64,000 nt of DNA. Source: Chitinophagaceae bacterium. Its GTDB lineage: Bacteria > Bacteroidota > Bacteroidia > Chitinophagales > Chitinophagaceae. Below, one piece after another: positions 16,443-26,997 of this stretch. The position numbers and the translations under genes are program-made. The notes below the pieces were generated by a model. That model was not told where the DNA came from. It made no database searches and saw nothing but the letters and a program-made list of their open reading frames with translations. Each line of letters begins with the position of its first letter. Position 1 is the stretch's first letter. The stretch is taken from the NCBI GenBank assembly GCA_016721725.1, contig JADKHN010000001.1, forward strand, positions 651,617 through 715,616, read 5' to 3'.

Positions 16443-18017
16443 TCAGAGTTTCATCCAGACCAGTTTGGCCAGTTTATCCCTGCCGGAAGGCATGGCCCGG
16501 AGGGTTACAAACACATTTCCCGTCTTGTCGTAGGCCGATACGCCAAAGGAGGCGATATTGTGTTCCTTGTTGCTTTCCGGTTTTCCAAAAAGATATTGCC
16601 GGTTAGGGATGAGCTCACTGCCGGCTAAAGGCAGGTAAAACGCGTCGCAATCGCTGATACCAATGACCTTGATGGGCGCTTTATCTTTCTCGATCTTCGA
16701 GATGTTCCGCTCCGTATCGTTCAGCAACAGGTAGCTGAGTTCGCCCTTGTTGATATAAGCGAATTTCTTGTACTGGTTCCCAAAACCGTAATCGGCCGAA
16801 TAGTAAAACTCCTGCTCGATCCAGTTGCTCTTGGGAACCAGGTAGGTGCTGCGCATCTCCCCGTACCGGTCATGAACACTCACCGCAATATTGTTGAGCT
16901 CCAGGTGTGAATTGGAATAATTCCCGTTTTGTGTTGTGATGATGGCTTCTTCTTCATAAGCGATCGAGAACCCTCCGTCGTCATTGATGTAGATGTCCCG
17001 CAAGACCCCGGTGAAATCGTCTTTTTTCTTCAGCCAGCTATAGGATTTGCCATATACTTTATCCGAAAGGGCCGCCGCGATCGTCTTGATCGAACGATGG
17101 GAGACCGGGTCTACGATGGTAAGATAGTTATATACCGTCTGCGATCTTTCTTTTTCGAGCAGGCTGGCCACAACGATCAATTGCTGCGTGATCGGATTGT
17201 ACCGGATGGCGCCGTGATGCACCACGCTGTCCTTCGGCAGGTCGATCTGGTAAAAGTTGACTGAACCGCTTCCCTTGGGAAGGTCTCCCAGCAGGATCTC
17301 GCTTGACTTTCCGCCCGATGCCCGGGTATTGTATCCGTTTACAAGCAGGCAAACCCGCTGGTCATCCAGCAATTCCATATCCAGGAAATCCAGGTATTTG
17401 TATTTCTCCTCCGGAGAAGAATAATAAGTACGGCTGATTTGTTTGTGGTCGGGGCCAAAGACCAGGATCTCGATCCGCTTATTCCGGTCAGACTCGAAGG
17501 TGTTGAATGCCGCGACAGCGTAACAATTGCCCGACTGACTGGCATGCGCATAAAATTGCGGCATCTTAACGCCGCCGAACATCATGGCATAACCCTGGCC
17601 CATGTTTATCTTCATCAGTTCTTTTACCCGATCCTCTTTTTTAAGCCGTCCGGTCTTGCCGTCAAGGACCAAACGGGTCAGAACGGGCATTTTATCCTCG
17701 AAGTTGCTGATCAGGATGACCACGTCGCCATTGATCTCAAAAGCCCCTGAAATACTGGCGCCCTTGGTCAGCTTTTCATATCCGGGTTCGATCGTTGTGG
17801 CGACCTTCTCTTTATGGTTGGGATCGTACACCCTGATGTCAATGCCTTCTTTGAGGGTTACGCGAAAAAAGACCGTACCGCCGCTTTTCAACTGTATCAG
17901 CTGGGTATAACCGCTTTTAGGCTCGTCGAATTCCGGGCCCTCGGCGATCTTGGTGAACTGGGCATTCAATGATAAAAAAGATAGTGTCAATACAATAAGA
18001 GCGGATATCCTCTTCAT
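16443..18017 (-). CDS. Hypothetical secreted protein
   Basis: 524 aa with signal peptide-like MKRISALIVLTLSFLSLNAQ. No recognisable catalytic motif. Confidence 0.65.
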   Translation of the reverse strand: MKRISALIVLTLSFLSLNAQFTKIAEGPEFDEPKSGYTQLIQLKSGGTVFFRVTLKEGIDIRVYDPNHKEKVATTIEPGYEKLTKGASISGAFEINGDVVILISNFEDKMPVLTRLVLDGKTGRLKKEDRVKELMKINMGQGYAMMFGGVKMPQFYAHASQSGNCYAVAAFNTFESDRNKRIEILVFGPDHKQISRTYYSSPEEKYKYLDFLDMELLDDQRVCLLVNGYNTRASGGKSSEILLGDLPKGSGSVNFYQIDLPKDSVVHHGAIRYNPITQQLIVVASLLEKERSQTVYNYLTIVDPVSHRSIKTIAAALSDKVYGKSYSWLKKKDDFTGVLRDIYINDDGGFSIAYEEEAIITTQNGNYSNSHLELNNIAVSVHDRYGEMRSTYLVPKSNWIEQEFYYSADYGFGNQYKKFAYINKGELSYLLLNDTERNISKIEKDKAPIKVIGISDCDAFYLPLAGSELIPNRQYLFGKPESNKEHNIASFGVSAYDKTGNVFVTLRAMPSGRDKLAKLVWMKL

Positions 18018-18117
18018 AAATTCAATTGTTGTTTGTTTGAGTATGGTCGTAAATGGCCGACGCGGCTCTTAGGAGACGCCTGGTAAAACTAGGATAAAAA
18101 ACAATTCGGGGAGGGCA

Positions 18118-19812
18118 TCATTCAGGGACCTGCATTACCGGCTGTGCAGCGCTCTTCGTCCGCTTTTTACGTTCGGCTATTTTCTGCCGAAGCCATTCGG
18201 GCCAGTTGGAATCATCATCCGCATCATAAACCCTTACTTCGTTTGAAGGATCTTCGCGGATGAGGTCTTCTTCTTTGCATTTCAATACCATCGCGGCGGT
18301 CTTCACCCCCGAATAGCTTGAACCGGAAACACCATGCGCCATGATGCTGGCGCCACACATATACAACTGCTCGATCTCGGTCTGGGCCGAATAGGAGAAC
18401 GGTCCTGTCTGGAAAAACCCCTTTTCAGTCCCATATACATTGCCCCGGGTGGACTTGATATAGAATTCATTCGTTGTCGGCGTGCCCAATTCCAGGTGGA
18501 TGATATGATCTTTGATCCCGGGAACTATCCTGTTCAGGGTGTTCACCAATTTATCGCAAAGCTTTTCCTTGAATTTCTTATAATCGCCGTTCAGTTGCTC
18601 CGGGTGAGCCAGTTTGTCTTTAAAAGCATCGTAATTGATAAAGGTGACCACTTCGATGGTATGTTGGCGGCCATTGAAACTGGTGGGGTCTTTCAGGGAG
18701 GAACAACTGATGAACAGGGAAGGGAACTCATCCGAAGCCAGGATATCGACCGATGTAAGGTCATTATAAACATCGTCGATCTCGCAATCGGGCATCAGCC
18801 AGATATTCCCCGAATCGAGTCCCGCTTTCCGGACATCCATCTCCACTGTAAGGAAGAACATCAGCGAAGTGACCGAGTACTTTGTCTTGGCCAGTTTGGC
18901 CTTCAGTTTATCGCTCAGATTCTCCATCCCGACAAGTCCATAGGTTGCAGTCGGGTCGGCATTGGAAATGACCTGGGTGGCCAATAGTCTTTCGCCGTTT
19001 TGGAGTTCGATACCCGTAGCCTTCCATTTGCCTTTCTTTGAACCCGGTTCCAGCAGGATGCTTTTGACCGATTGGCCGGTCTTCACTTCTCCTCCCTGTT
19101 TCTTAATGGCATTGGTCATGGCCTTTACAATGGCGCCGCCGCCACCCATCGGATAAAATCCTCCATTTATATAATGATCCATCAAGGCGCAATGCAGCGG
19201 GAAACTGGCTTTTGAGGGGGGAAGCCCGTGGTCTCCGCATTGTATATTGATCACTTTCTGCAACAGGGGGTCCTTGATATGCCAGCCCACCACCCGTTTC
19301 AGACTGAACAAACCGTACTTGCCCAGGTGCCGGGTGCGGTAAGCGATGGTGACATTATCCCAAAAACCGTTCATGGTTGAGATCAGCTGTATCTCCTTGC
19401 TGACCTTCTGGATGAGCGCCAGGTATTTCTTCAACCCCTTTTTTTCTTTTGGAAACCTTTCCGAAAGGGATTCATATAAACGGGCCGGCGTTGCGGGCAT
19501 ATCGATCTTCTCATTACCGATCCAGCAATGTTCATATCCCGCGGGATTCATCCGGAAGAAGACCAGGTCCTTACCGATACCCAGGCCCTCATATAATCTA
19601 CTGGTCGACTGACCCTTATCCAGGCTGCCGATATAATGCACCCCCGGACTGAATCGGTGGCCATTCAGGTAAAAGCTATGACACCAGCCGCCCGGTACAT
19701 AATGCTGTTCGATCACGGCCACTTTTTGTCCGGCGCGGGCCAGGCATATGGCGGCGGACAATCCCCCGGCACCTGATCCGATGATGATGGTATCGTATTC
19801 GTTTGGCTGCAT
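18118..19812 (-). CDS. FAD-dependent oxidoreductase, phytoene-desaturase (CrtI)-like
   Basis: N-terminal Rossmann motif IIIGSGAGGLSAAICLARAGQKVAVIEQ. Length 564 aa. Confidence 0.8.
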   Translation of the reverse strand: MQPNEYDTIIIGSGAGGLSAAICLARAGQKVAVIEQHYVPGGWCHSFYLNGHRFSPGVHYIGSLDKGQSTSRLYEGLGIGKDLVFFRMNPAGYEHCWIGNEKIDMPATPARLYESLSERFPKEKKGLKKYLALIQKVSKEIQLISTMNGFWDNVTIAYRTRHLGKYGLFSLKRVVGWHIKDPLLQKVINIQCGDHGLPPSKASFPLHCALMDHYINGGFYPMGGGGAIVKAMTNAIKKQGGEVKTGQSVKSILLEPGSKKGKWKATGIELQNGERLLATQVISNADPTATYGLVGMENLSDKLKAKLAKTKYSVTSLMFFLTVEMDVRKAGLDSGNIWLMPDCEIDDVYNDLTSVDILASDEFPSLFISCSSLKDPTSFNGRQHTIEVVTFINYDAFKDKLAHPEQLNGDYKKFKEKLCDKLVNTLNRIVPGIKDHIIHLELGTPTTNEFYIKSTRGNVYGTEKGFFQTGPFSYSAQTEIEQLYMCGASIMAHGVSGSSYSGVKTAAMVLKCKEEDLIREDPSNEVRVYDADDDSNWPEWLRQKIAERKKRTKSAAQPVMQVPE

Positions 19813-20068
19813 GATGCCCTAAGTTAATCTATTTAATGAAAGTTTTTCCGGTCACGCGATTTACACCAGGTTTATAATATCTGACCGGAATGTTTAAATC
19901 CAATGCCGCAAAACGGTTCTCCATTTCAACAATCCAATCACGCTTTGCCATTATTGAATAATTCTGAATAACTTTAAGCGGTTGATCTGTATCAGAATTA
20001 TTCCTGTCTGCATTAATTCTGCCTACCGGAACGACCGCAATGCCAAAATCTTAACCGCTATCTGAACA

Positions 20069-21508
20069 ATGAAGAAAAAGCAGGGACTCCTATTTTATTT
20101 TACCACGATCGTAATTTTTGGCGGGGCCATGTACTGGATCGTTCAAAAAGGCAATCTCCTGCAAAAAGAACGGTTGGGTTCGTTGAACAATGAGACCGGA
20201 AATCTTTCACAGCCGGTCGATTATTTCAGGCTATTCACCGACTCGTTTCACGCCAACCTCAACCAGCCGCTGGCCATTCTCTTATTACAGATCATCGTCA
20301 TCGTGGCTTCCGCCCGCATGATGGGTTATGTGTTCAGAAAGATCGGTCAACCCGCAGTGATCGGGGAGATCATCGCCGGCATCGTTCTGGGGCCATCGAT
20401 ATTGGGATTGGTATTGCCTTCCGTGAATCATTTCATCTTTCCCGTGGCTTCGCTGGTCAATATCCAATTCCTGAGCCAGATCGGGTTGATCCTCTTCATG
20501 TATGTCATCGGCATGGAACTGGAAGTGAGTGCCATTCGCAAACAGGCCTTCGGCGCCATCATTGTCAGCCATACCAGTATCATTTTTCCTTTCGCGTTGG
20601 GAATGGGACTGGCCTATTTCTTATACGACCAGTTCGCGCCGGCCAATATCTCCTTCCTCGCCTTCTCCCTGTTCATGGGTGTCGCCATGAGCATTACGGC
20701 CTTTCCCGTCCTGGCCCGTATACTACAGGAAAAGGATCTTACGAAGACCAGCCTCGGCACCATGGCCATCACATCAGCGGCCATCGGCGACCTGACTGCC
20801 TGGTTCCTGCTGGCAGCGGTGATCGCCATTGTAAAGGCCGGGTCCTCCATCAGTATTTTATATTCACTGGGATTGACACTACTTTATGTATCGGTGATGT
20901 TCTTAGTGGTAAAACCTTTATTGCATAAGCTGGGGACCATCTATGCCCATCACGAAATAAAAAGAAAGACCGTCATCGCCGTTATCTTCATGCTTTTGCT
21001 TCTTTCCTCCTATGCTACTGAAGTGATCGGCATCCATGCCCTCTTCGGCGCCTTCCTGGTGGGTGTGATCATGCCTTCGAGCCTGAATTTCCGGAAGATC
21101 GTCACTGATAAGATCGAAGACGTGAGCATCGTTTTGCTGTTGCCCCTCTTTTTCGTGTTCAACGGGCTGCGTACACAGATCGGGTTGCTGAATGAACCTC
21201 ATCTTTGGGTGATCTGCGGATGGGTGGTGCTGGTGGCGGTTGTGGGGAAGTTTGGCGGAAGCGCCATCTCGGCGAGGATCGTTGGTCAGAGCTGGAAAGA
21301 CAGTTTATCGATCGGTGTGCTGATGAATACCCGCGGACTGATGGAACTGATCATCCTCAATATCGGGTACGACCTGGGGATCCTGTCTCCCGAAATATTC
21401 ACCATGATGGTGCTGATGGCCATCATCACTACTTTCATGACCGGGCCGGCGCTGGACCTCATCAACTGGCTGATGAAGGAGAACCCGGTTTCCGGAACGA
21501 ACCCTTGA
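20069..21508 (+). CDS. Cation:proton antiporter (CPA2/Kef-type)
   Basis: 479 aa with 12 or so TM segments. Sequence is typical of the Na+/H+ exchanger family (IGQPAVIGEIIAGIVLGPS). Confidence 0.85.
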   Translation: MKKKQGLLFYFTTIVIFGGAMYWIVQKGNLLQKERLGSLNNETGNLSQPVDYFRLFTDSFHANLNQPLAILLLQIIVIVASARMMGYVFRKIGQPAVIGEIIAGIVLGPSILGLVLPSVNHFIFPVASLVNIQFLSQIGLILFMYVIGMELEVSAIRKQAFGAIIVSHTSIIFPFALGMGLAYFLYDQFAPANISFLAFSLFMGVAMSITAFPVLARILQEKDLTKTSLGTMAITSAAIGDLTAWFLLAAVIAIVKAGSSISILYSLGLTLLYVSVMFLVVKPLLHKLGTIYAHHEIKRKTVIAVIFMLLLLSSYATEVIGIHALFGAFLVGVIMPSSLNFRKIVTDKIEDVSIVLLLPLFFVFNGLRTQIGLLNEPHLWVICGWVVLVAVVGKFGGSAISARIVGQSWKDSLSIGVLMNTRGLMELIILNIGYDLGILSPEIFTMMVLMAIITTFMTGPALDLINWLMKENPVSGTNP

Positions 21509-21851
21509 ACTTAAAATGGACCAGCTCATCTTTGAACAGGCTCGCGACCACATGGAGCTGATCCTCATCCACCGCCATGATCTTCAACCGGGCCTCAACC
21601 TTATTGTTCCTTACCGGATCGATGATGGCCAGGAATTTCATGTCATCCGCTGTCAGCAATTGTAAACGACAGCCAACCGCTTTTTCCGCGATCTCCTGGA
21701 TCATCTGCATCATGCAAACCCCCGGGGTCACGGGTTGCCCCGGGAAATGGCCTTCGAATATCCGGTGCCCCGCATGGATCTCCAGTGAGGCTTCGATCGC
21801 TCCCTCTTCGGAGGTGAACCGGCTGATGGTATACAGGTCGTTCAGTAACAT
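21462..21851 (-). CDS. Hotdog-fold 3-hydroxyacyl-ACP dehydratase (FabZ/FabA-like)
   Basis: FEGHFPGQPVTPGVCMMQMIQE matches the HFP..P..PG...E dehydratase motif. Confidence 0.8.
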   Translation of the reverse strand: MLLNDLYTISRFTSEEGAIEASLEIHAGHRIFEGHFPGQPVTPGVCMMQMIQEIAEKAVGCRLQLLTADDMKFLAIIDPVRNNKVEARLKIMAVDEDQLHVVASLFKDELVHFKFKGSFRKPGSPSSAS

Positions 21852-22471
21852 TATCGTTCCAGTCTTTTTAAACCGATGGTGAAATCCACTTTATGGTGGG
21901 TGATGCCGATGGTGTCGGGAATGCCGTTCACATAACGACGCATGATCGTAGTGGCAACGGGCTCCTGTTTCGAACTTCTCTCCAGGCGCAGCAACTCCGT
22001 TCCGCCGGAGTTGGTGACATAACAGCTGAACCCTTTCCCGGCAGGGTAAATATAGTACAGGTTCCCGTCCCCGTCTTTCTTCACGTTGAGCTTTCCGGGA
22101 TCGAGTCCCTGCATCAGGACCAGTTCAAAATCGTGACGAAGGGTTTTGATCACCGCCTTGCGGTTCATTTTTTTGATGATGGAATACACTTTGAAACCGC
22201 CGCCGGATGAGAATTCAAAATCAAAGAATTTGAATCCCACTTCATTGGAGAAAACCATCCGGATCGAACTGTCGGGCATTTTCTTGATCAGGAGAAGGCC
22301 GCTCAAATGATTATCCAGCACGTCGATCGAAGCGCTGTACAGGGCAACGGAAAAATCAGGCTTGAAGGTTTGGAGGACAGCGGCGTTACCGGTTGCCGCG
22401 GGCAGTTCTTTATAAACCGTTACACAGCCCGTCAGCCAGATGAAGCAGCTACTGAATAGTAAACAACGCAT
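21851..22471 (-). CDS. Hypothetical lipoprotein (DUF3261-like position in aryl-polyene clusters)
   Basis: Internal Met gives MRCLLFSSCFIWLTGC, a lipobox-like signal. It follows the LolA-like gene. The track ORF extends to 22537. Confidence 0.5.
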   Translation of the reverse strand: MRCLLFSSCFIWLTGCVTVYKELPAATGNAAVLQTFKPDFSVALYSASIDVLDNHLSGLLLIKKMPDSSIRMVFSNEVGFKFFDFEFSSGGGFKVYSIIKKMNRKAVIKTLRHDFELVLMQGLDPGKLNVKKDGDGNLYYIYPAGKGFSCYVTNSGGTELLRLERSSKQEPVATTIMRRYVNGIPDTIGITHHKVDFTIGLKRLER

Positions 22472-23084
22472 CGGTAAGGGTTGTGTTGAGTTCTTTGTTG
22501 TTGAATCGAATGCTGGTATTGTCGCCTGATAATTCAAGCATCTCCAGGTTGATGACCGAAAAGTCCTTCTTATCGATATAGACGGTGATGGTCCTGAACA
22601 TTTCCTTCAGTCCCTTCACCACGGGGGTCAACTCGACCAGGTAGGCCGGCCTGCCTTCGAATACCCTGGTCTTGAAATCGGTATTGTTCAAGGCCGTGCC
22701 TTGCATGCAATCCACCATGATCCGGTTGATCTGCTGGAATAGCTTATTCGATTTGGAAGAGACCTTGTTCTCCTTCTGCCCGTCGCGGATGAAGACCTTG
22801 TCCTTATTGATGATCATCAGGTATTGAAACGGGTGATTGTATTCCATCCGCACCATTCCGGCTTTCTTGAACCAGAACTTTCCTTTGGAAATGATCTTTT
22901 CCGACAGCATGCTCAGGTTCTTTTCCTGAACGAAATCGCTTTTGATGCTGTTTGTCTTCAGCGAGGCCGCCGAGAACTGTTCCCTGAATTTCACCGGGTC
23001 GGCAATGGGCGTATAACCCGTATACTGCGCCGTCAGGCGGATTCCGGCAAGCAATAGGGTCAGGATAAAAAATAATTTACGCAT
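22449..23084 (-). CDS. LolA-like outer-membrane lipoprotein carrier family protein
   Basis: 211 aa with a signal peptide. Its size and position match the LolA-like genes of aryl-polyene and flexirubin clusters (recalled similarity). Confidence 0.6.
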   Translation of the reverse strand: MRKLFFILTLLLAGIRLTAQYTGYTPIADPVKFREQFSAASLKTNSIKSDFVQEKNLSMLSEKIISKGKFWFKKAGMVRMEYNHPFQYLMIINKDKVFIRDGQKENKVSSKSNKLFQQINRIMVDCMQGTALNNTDFKTRVFEGRPAYLVELTPVVKGLKEMFRTITVYIDKKDFSVINLEMLELSGDNTSIRFNNKELNTTLTDALFTIQ

Positions 23085-23850
23085 AAGGGGGCAAATTTAG
23101 CATTTTATCCAACCGCGTTATGCGATAGCCCATGGCTTTAACTTTTTCAATAAAAACAGGCAGGATGGCCAGGGTGGAGGCGCAGGTATCGTGAAAAAGG
23201 AATACGGCGCCGGGTTTGATCCCTTTGCTGACCCGTTCGAGTAGTTTATGTTCATCCCGGATCACCGTATCGAATGAACGAACATTCCATCCAACGGGGA
23301 TATAATCTCCCTGCCGGATGGCCCTGGCCAGGTTGGGATTGGTGACTCCGTAAGGCGGCCTGAACAGACGGGGTCTTATGCCGATGACCTTCATCGTTTC
23401 CTGGTCCATCTGCTTCATATCGGCCAGCATCCTGGACGTGGAGAAAAGGTCGAACCAGGTATGGTGAGAATGACTGTGGTTGCCGATGATATGACCTCCT
23501 TCGCTGATCCGTTTGAACAAAGTTTCATTACCCGGTATCCGGTTGCCGATGCAAAAGAAGGCCGCTTCGATCTCCTGTTCACGAAGCAGTTGCAGGATCT
23601 GCGGTGTGAATTTTTCAGCGGGACCGTCATCAAAACTGATGGCGATCACTTTATCCGTTGTCTGGGCCGAACAGGTGATGGGTATGAAAAAACCCGAGCC
23701 CACATTATAACAACCGTAAAAAACGACCAATGAGTATAGAATGAAAGCCAGGAGATAAACATACCACGGCAGCCCGTAGAAATAATGTATGCCGATGAGT
23801 GATGCGGTAAGTACGGCAAAGACCCAATTGGTATTCCGGAAGTTTAACAT
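23077..23850 (-). CDS. Polysaccharide deacetylase (NodB-domain) family protein, membrane-anchored
   Basis: Motifs ISFDDGP and GNHSHSHH. Two N-terminal TM segments. Confidence 0.8.
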   Translation of the reverse strand: MLNFRNTNWVFAVLTASLIGIHYFYGLPWYVYLLAFILYSLVVFYGCYNVGSGFFIPITCSAQTTDKVIAISFDDGPAEKFTPQILQLLREQEIEAAFFCIGNRIPGNETLFKRISEGGHIIGNHSHSHHTWFDLFSTSRMLADMKQMDQETMKVIGIRPRLFRPPYGVTNPNLARAIRQGDYIPVGWNVRSFDTVIRDEHKLLERVSKGIKPGAVFLFHDTCASTLAILPVFIEKVKAMGYRITRLDKMLNLPPYA

Positions 23851-24905
23851 GCGGATAGCAATACGAATGAATGATGTATGTTGCCGTATTGGTTATAGAT
23901 CAGGATACGGTTTATCTTTTCCTGTTCAGCAACTGATGGTGCGAGCAATGGGGGAAGGTCTCCTGACTTCAGGATATTCGCGGCCATCCAAACTGCGAAC
24001 GCGGTGGAAGTGGGATACTCGCCGCAGAGCTGCTTATAGCTGACCTGGGGACATATCTGGAGAGCCTTGAGTTCATCATATACCTGGTCATGCTTCAAAT
24101 CCCCGTTTCGCCCGTTGATCACCAGGTCGATATCGCTGAAGTCAAGTTGATTCGCTTCCAGGAATGAATTCAGTTTTTGTTCAATGACCGCTGGGCCATC
24201 CGGTTTATACAAGGTGGCCAATCCGTCCAGCCTGGCATAATCGGTTGCTGATCTTTCGGATGCGACCAAAAAGAAAGCCGCGCCTTCGCCTGCCATCGTG
24301 CCCCTGGAGGGTTGTTCAAGCAGATCAAGGTTTGAAGCATGGCCTCTCCGGTATAAACCCATGCGGGAAAGAATGGTATGACTGTAATCGGTGATCTCAT
24401 CAATGCCGCCCACCAGGACATGTTGGGCTTCTTCCTCCTGTAACAGCATCATGGCATCAAGCAGTGCGCTTTCAAAGGAAAAGCCGCGGTGAACGAACGC
24501 GTTATTATACCGGTTGCATTTCAGCATCAGCCCGATCTGCGCGCCGATGGTATTATGGGTGGACTGGATGAATGCCGTCGGTGTCAGTAGCTCTTCATTC
24601 TGGGAAACCATCCTGGAGATGAAATGCCCCGTATCTTCCAGGCATCCGTATGCGGTTCCGGTGACAATGGCATCGGGCATGGACACGCCCGCTTCCTGAA
24701 GGCATTCGGTTGCGGCGGCTACGCCCATCCGTATGATGCGGCTCATGCGCCGGATCAGTTTCACATCGATGAGATCCTTATAATCCGGCTCGGCACAGTT
24801 CATCCGGGTACCCGTATACTCCTGAAGTGGACCGGCCAGGAATGGCGGATGCCCGGCGGTGAGTTGTGGTGATATGTTCCCGGTTGCCCGTATATAACAA
24901 TTCAT
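23844..24905 (-). CDS. KS-like protein (chain-length-factor-like), paralogue of 15383..16435
   Basis: 353 aa with thiolase-fold similarity (TMAGEGAAFFLV) and no CSS or HGTGT motifs. It lies immediately downstream of a KS gene. Confidence 0.7.
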   Translation of the reverse strand: MNCYIRATGNISPQLTAGHPPFLAGPLQEYTGTRMNCAEPDYKDLIDVKLIRRMSRIIRMGVAAATECLQEAGVSMPDAIVTGTAYGCLEDTGHFISRMVSQNEELLTPTAFIQSTHNTIGAQIGLMLKCNRYNNAFVHRGFSFESALLDAMMLLQEEEAQHVLVGGIDEITDYSHTILSRMGLYRRGHASNLDLLEQPSRGTMAGEGAAFFLVASERSATDYARLDGLATLYKPDGPAVIEQKLNSFLEANQLDFSDIDLVINGRNGDLKHDQVYDELKALQICPQVSYKQLCGEYPTSTAFAVWMAANILKSGDLPPLLAPSVAEQEKINRILIYNQYGNIHHSFVLLSAC

Positions 24906-24906
24906 C

Positions 24907-26106
24907 TTATGCTTTTGAAAAGATCAATGAGGTGCAGTTGCCCCCGAACCCGAATGAGTTGGACAATACATGCTCTACGGCCGCATGCCTTTGCAAACGG
25001 GTCTGCACCCGGAACGGCAGGTCCTTCATCGGTGTCTCCAGGCGCAGGTTGGGATAGATCAAGCCTTCCCGTATGGCCAGTATGGAATAAACCGCTTCCA
25101 GTCCGCCACAACCGCCCAGTGTATGCCCCGTGTAAGCCTTGGTTGAACTCATGGGCGGGTAATGAGGGTCGAACAGCCGTTTAATGGCCGTTCCTTCCGC
25201 AATATCATTGTTCTGGGTGCCGGTTCCGTGCAGGTTGATGTAACTGATGTCGGCCGGATTCAAACCGCTTTTTTGCAATGCCCCGCTCATGGCCAGGAAT
25301 GAACCGGTGCCATCGGGAGATGAAGCGGTCTGGTGATAGGCATCATTGGCATTGCAATAGCCACTGAGCCTGCAGATGGGTTTTTGATCCAGGGTTGCGG
25401 CCAGTTTTTCAGATACCAGTACCACATAGCCGGCGCCTTCTCCCAGGTTAAGTCCTTTCCGGTTCTCATCGAATGGTTTACACAGGGCGCTATCGAGGAT
25501 CATCAGGGTATTAAAGCCATTGAGGGTGAATTTGGTGAGCGAATCGGCCCCGCCGGCGACCACTACATCGAGCAGGCCATTGCGGATTAGCCTTGCCCCG
25601 AAGAAGATGGCGTTGGCCGAAGAGGAACAGGCCGTACTGATGGTGGTGACCTGGTCTTTGATACCCAGTTTGTCGGCAACCAGTTCGGTCACCGTTCCGC
25701 ATTCATGATGAACCACATCACGCAGTCGTCCGCGCTGGTTGTTTTCCATGAAAGGGATGAAGAATTTTTCCGTGCGGTCCATACCGCCAACCGAATTCGC
25801 GGAGATGAAACCGGAACGTAATTTGCCGAATCCGGGAATGGCCGCGCTTCCCAGCGCTTCGCGGGCGGCGACCGCGCTTAACAAAGCGGTACGACTGATC
25901 CCTTCCGGAAGACCGGCCAGTGAGGCCAGCGCCTGATGATCCATTTTCACTTCGGCCACCGGCAGCTGATCGCGATGGACCGAATCAAGACCGGTCATTT
26001 TTCCGATCCCCGTCGTCTCACTCAACAGTGCGTTCAGGTTCTCGGCAATATTGTTACCGATGGCCGATATAGCCCCGATGCCGGCAACAAAGACGGGTTC
26101 ATTCAT
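24907..26106 (-). CDS. Beta-ketoacyl-ACP synthase (KS)
   Basis: Motifs STACSSSANA, NLHGTGT and GHTLGGCG. Confidence 0.9.
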   Translation of the reverse strand: MNEPVFVAGIGAISAIGNNIAENLNALLSETTGIGKMTGLDSVHRDQLPVAEVKMDHQALASLAGLPEGISRTALLSAVAAREALGSAAIPGFGKLRSGFISANSVGGMDRTEKFFIPFMENNQRGRLRDVVHHECGTVTELVADKLGIKDQVTTISTACSSSANAIFFGARLIRNGLLDVVVAGGADSLTKFTLNGFNTLMILDSALCKPFDENRKGLNLGEGAGYVVLVSEKLAATLDQKPICRLSGYCNANDAYHQTASSPDGTGSFLAMSGALQKSGLNPADISYINLHGTGTQNNDIAEGTAIKRLFDPHYPPMSSTKAYTGHTLGGCGGLEAVYSILAIREGLIYPNLRLETPMKDLPFRVQTRLQRHAAVEHVLSNSFGFGGNCTSLIFSKA

Positions 26107-26108
26107 TC

Positions 26109-26372
26109 TTAGGCGTTCTGGGCTTGGTGTGCTTTAATGTATTCAGCCATGGTCCTTACGGTCTTGAAAACCTTCGGTCCGTCCTCGGCATTGGACAACT
26201 TGATCTTGTATTCTTGCTGTAACAATACGATCAACTCCAGGGCGTCAATGGAATCCAATCCGAGGCCATCAACGAACAGCGGCTGGTCGTCGCCGATCTC
26301 TTCGGGTTTTACATCCTGTAAATTCAGCTGGGCGATGATCTGTGACTTCAGATCCGACATGAGTTTAACCAT
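26109..26372 (-). CDS. Acyl carrier protein
   Basis: GLGLDSIDALELI motif. Clear paralogue of ACP 13925..14188. Confidence 0.9.
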   Translation of the reverse strand: MVKLMSDLKSQIIAQLNLQDVKPEEIGDDQPLFVDGLGLDSIDALELIVLLQQEYKIKLSNAEDGPKVFKTVRTMAEYIKAHQAQNA

Positions 26373-26997
26373 TTTCTGTAGTAAAGTTTTTAATGATGTT
26401 CGCGGTATTGAAAGGCTGGGCCAGACCCCGGGCCTCTTTCTCCACCAAAAATAACACAGTTTTGTATTGTTGGCCCAGTAAATCCACCCAGCCGCAGATC
26501 CCGGCCTGCAAGATATTATTATTAATGAGTTGACTCATGTATTGCTGCATTAAATCAGCGTCAAATTCCTCCTGGACGAAAAAAGCGTTCTCCCCTTTGA
26601 ACCCGTGCCGGATACAGATCTCGCCGGTAACAATATTGGGCAGGGTGTACACGAACAGGGCCGGACTGGCCATGACCCGTGTGGTTTCAAAATATTTCAG
26701 GTCGGTATCCAGGCTCGAATTGGCGTTGGACAATACCACACCGATCCTTTGTGGCGAGACCCTTTGGTTCAGGCTGCTTCCATCTAAGAGGCATTCAGCC
26801 GCCAGCCATCCCATCTTGCTGAGCAGGTCCATTTTATGGAACTTGGGATATTGAACCTCCAGGTTTCGGTAAACGGCCAGTAAAAAACCAGGCAGGTCTT
26901 CCTCCGGAAGATTCAGGATCTCCCTGCCGTTTTGGATCACTTTGTTCCGACAGATGACGGTAGTTGCCGTTATATAGGATTCGGTAGCCGGGGTCAT
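26365..26997 (-). CDS. Small KS-N-terminal-like protein without a catalytic Cys
   Basis: 210 aa. SPALFVYTLPNIVTGEICIRHGFKGENAFF resembles a thiolase-fold segment. It is coupled to both neighbouring genes. Confidence 0.5.
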   Translation of the reverse strand: MTPATESYITATTVICRNKVIQNGREILNLPEEDLPGFLLAVYRNLEVQYPKFHKMDLLSKMGWLAAECLLDGSSLNQRVSPQRIGVVLSNANSSLDTDLKYFETTRVMASPALFVYTLPNIVTGEICIRHGFKGENAFFVQEEFDADLMQQYMSQLINNNILQAGICGWVDLLGQQYKTVLFLVEKEARGLAQPFNTANIIKNFTTENG

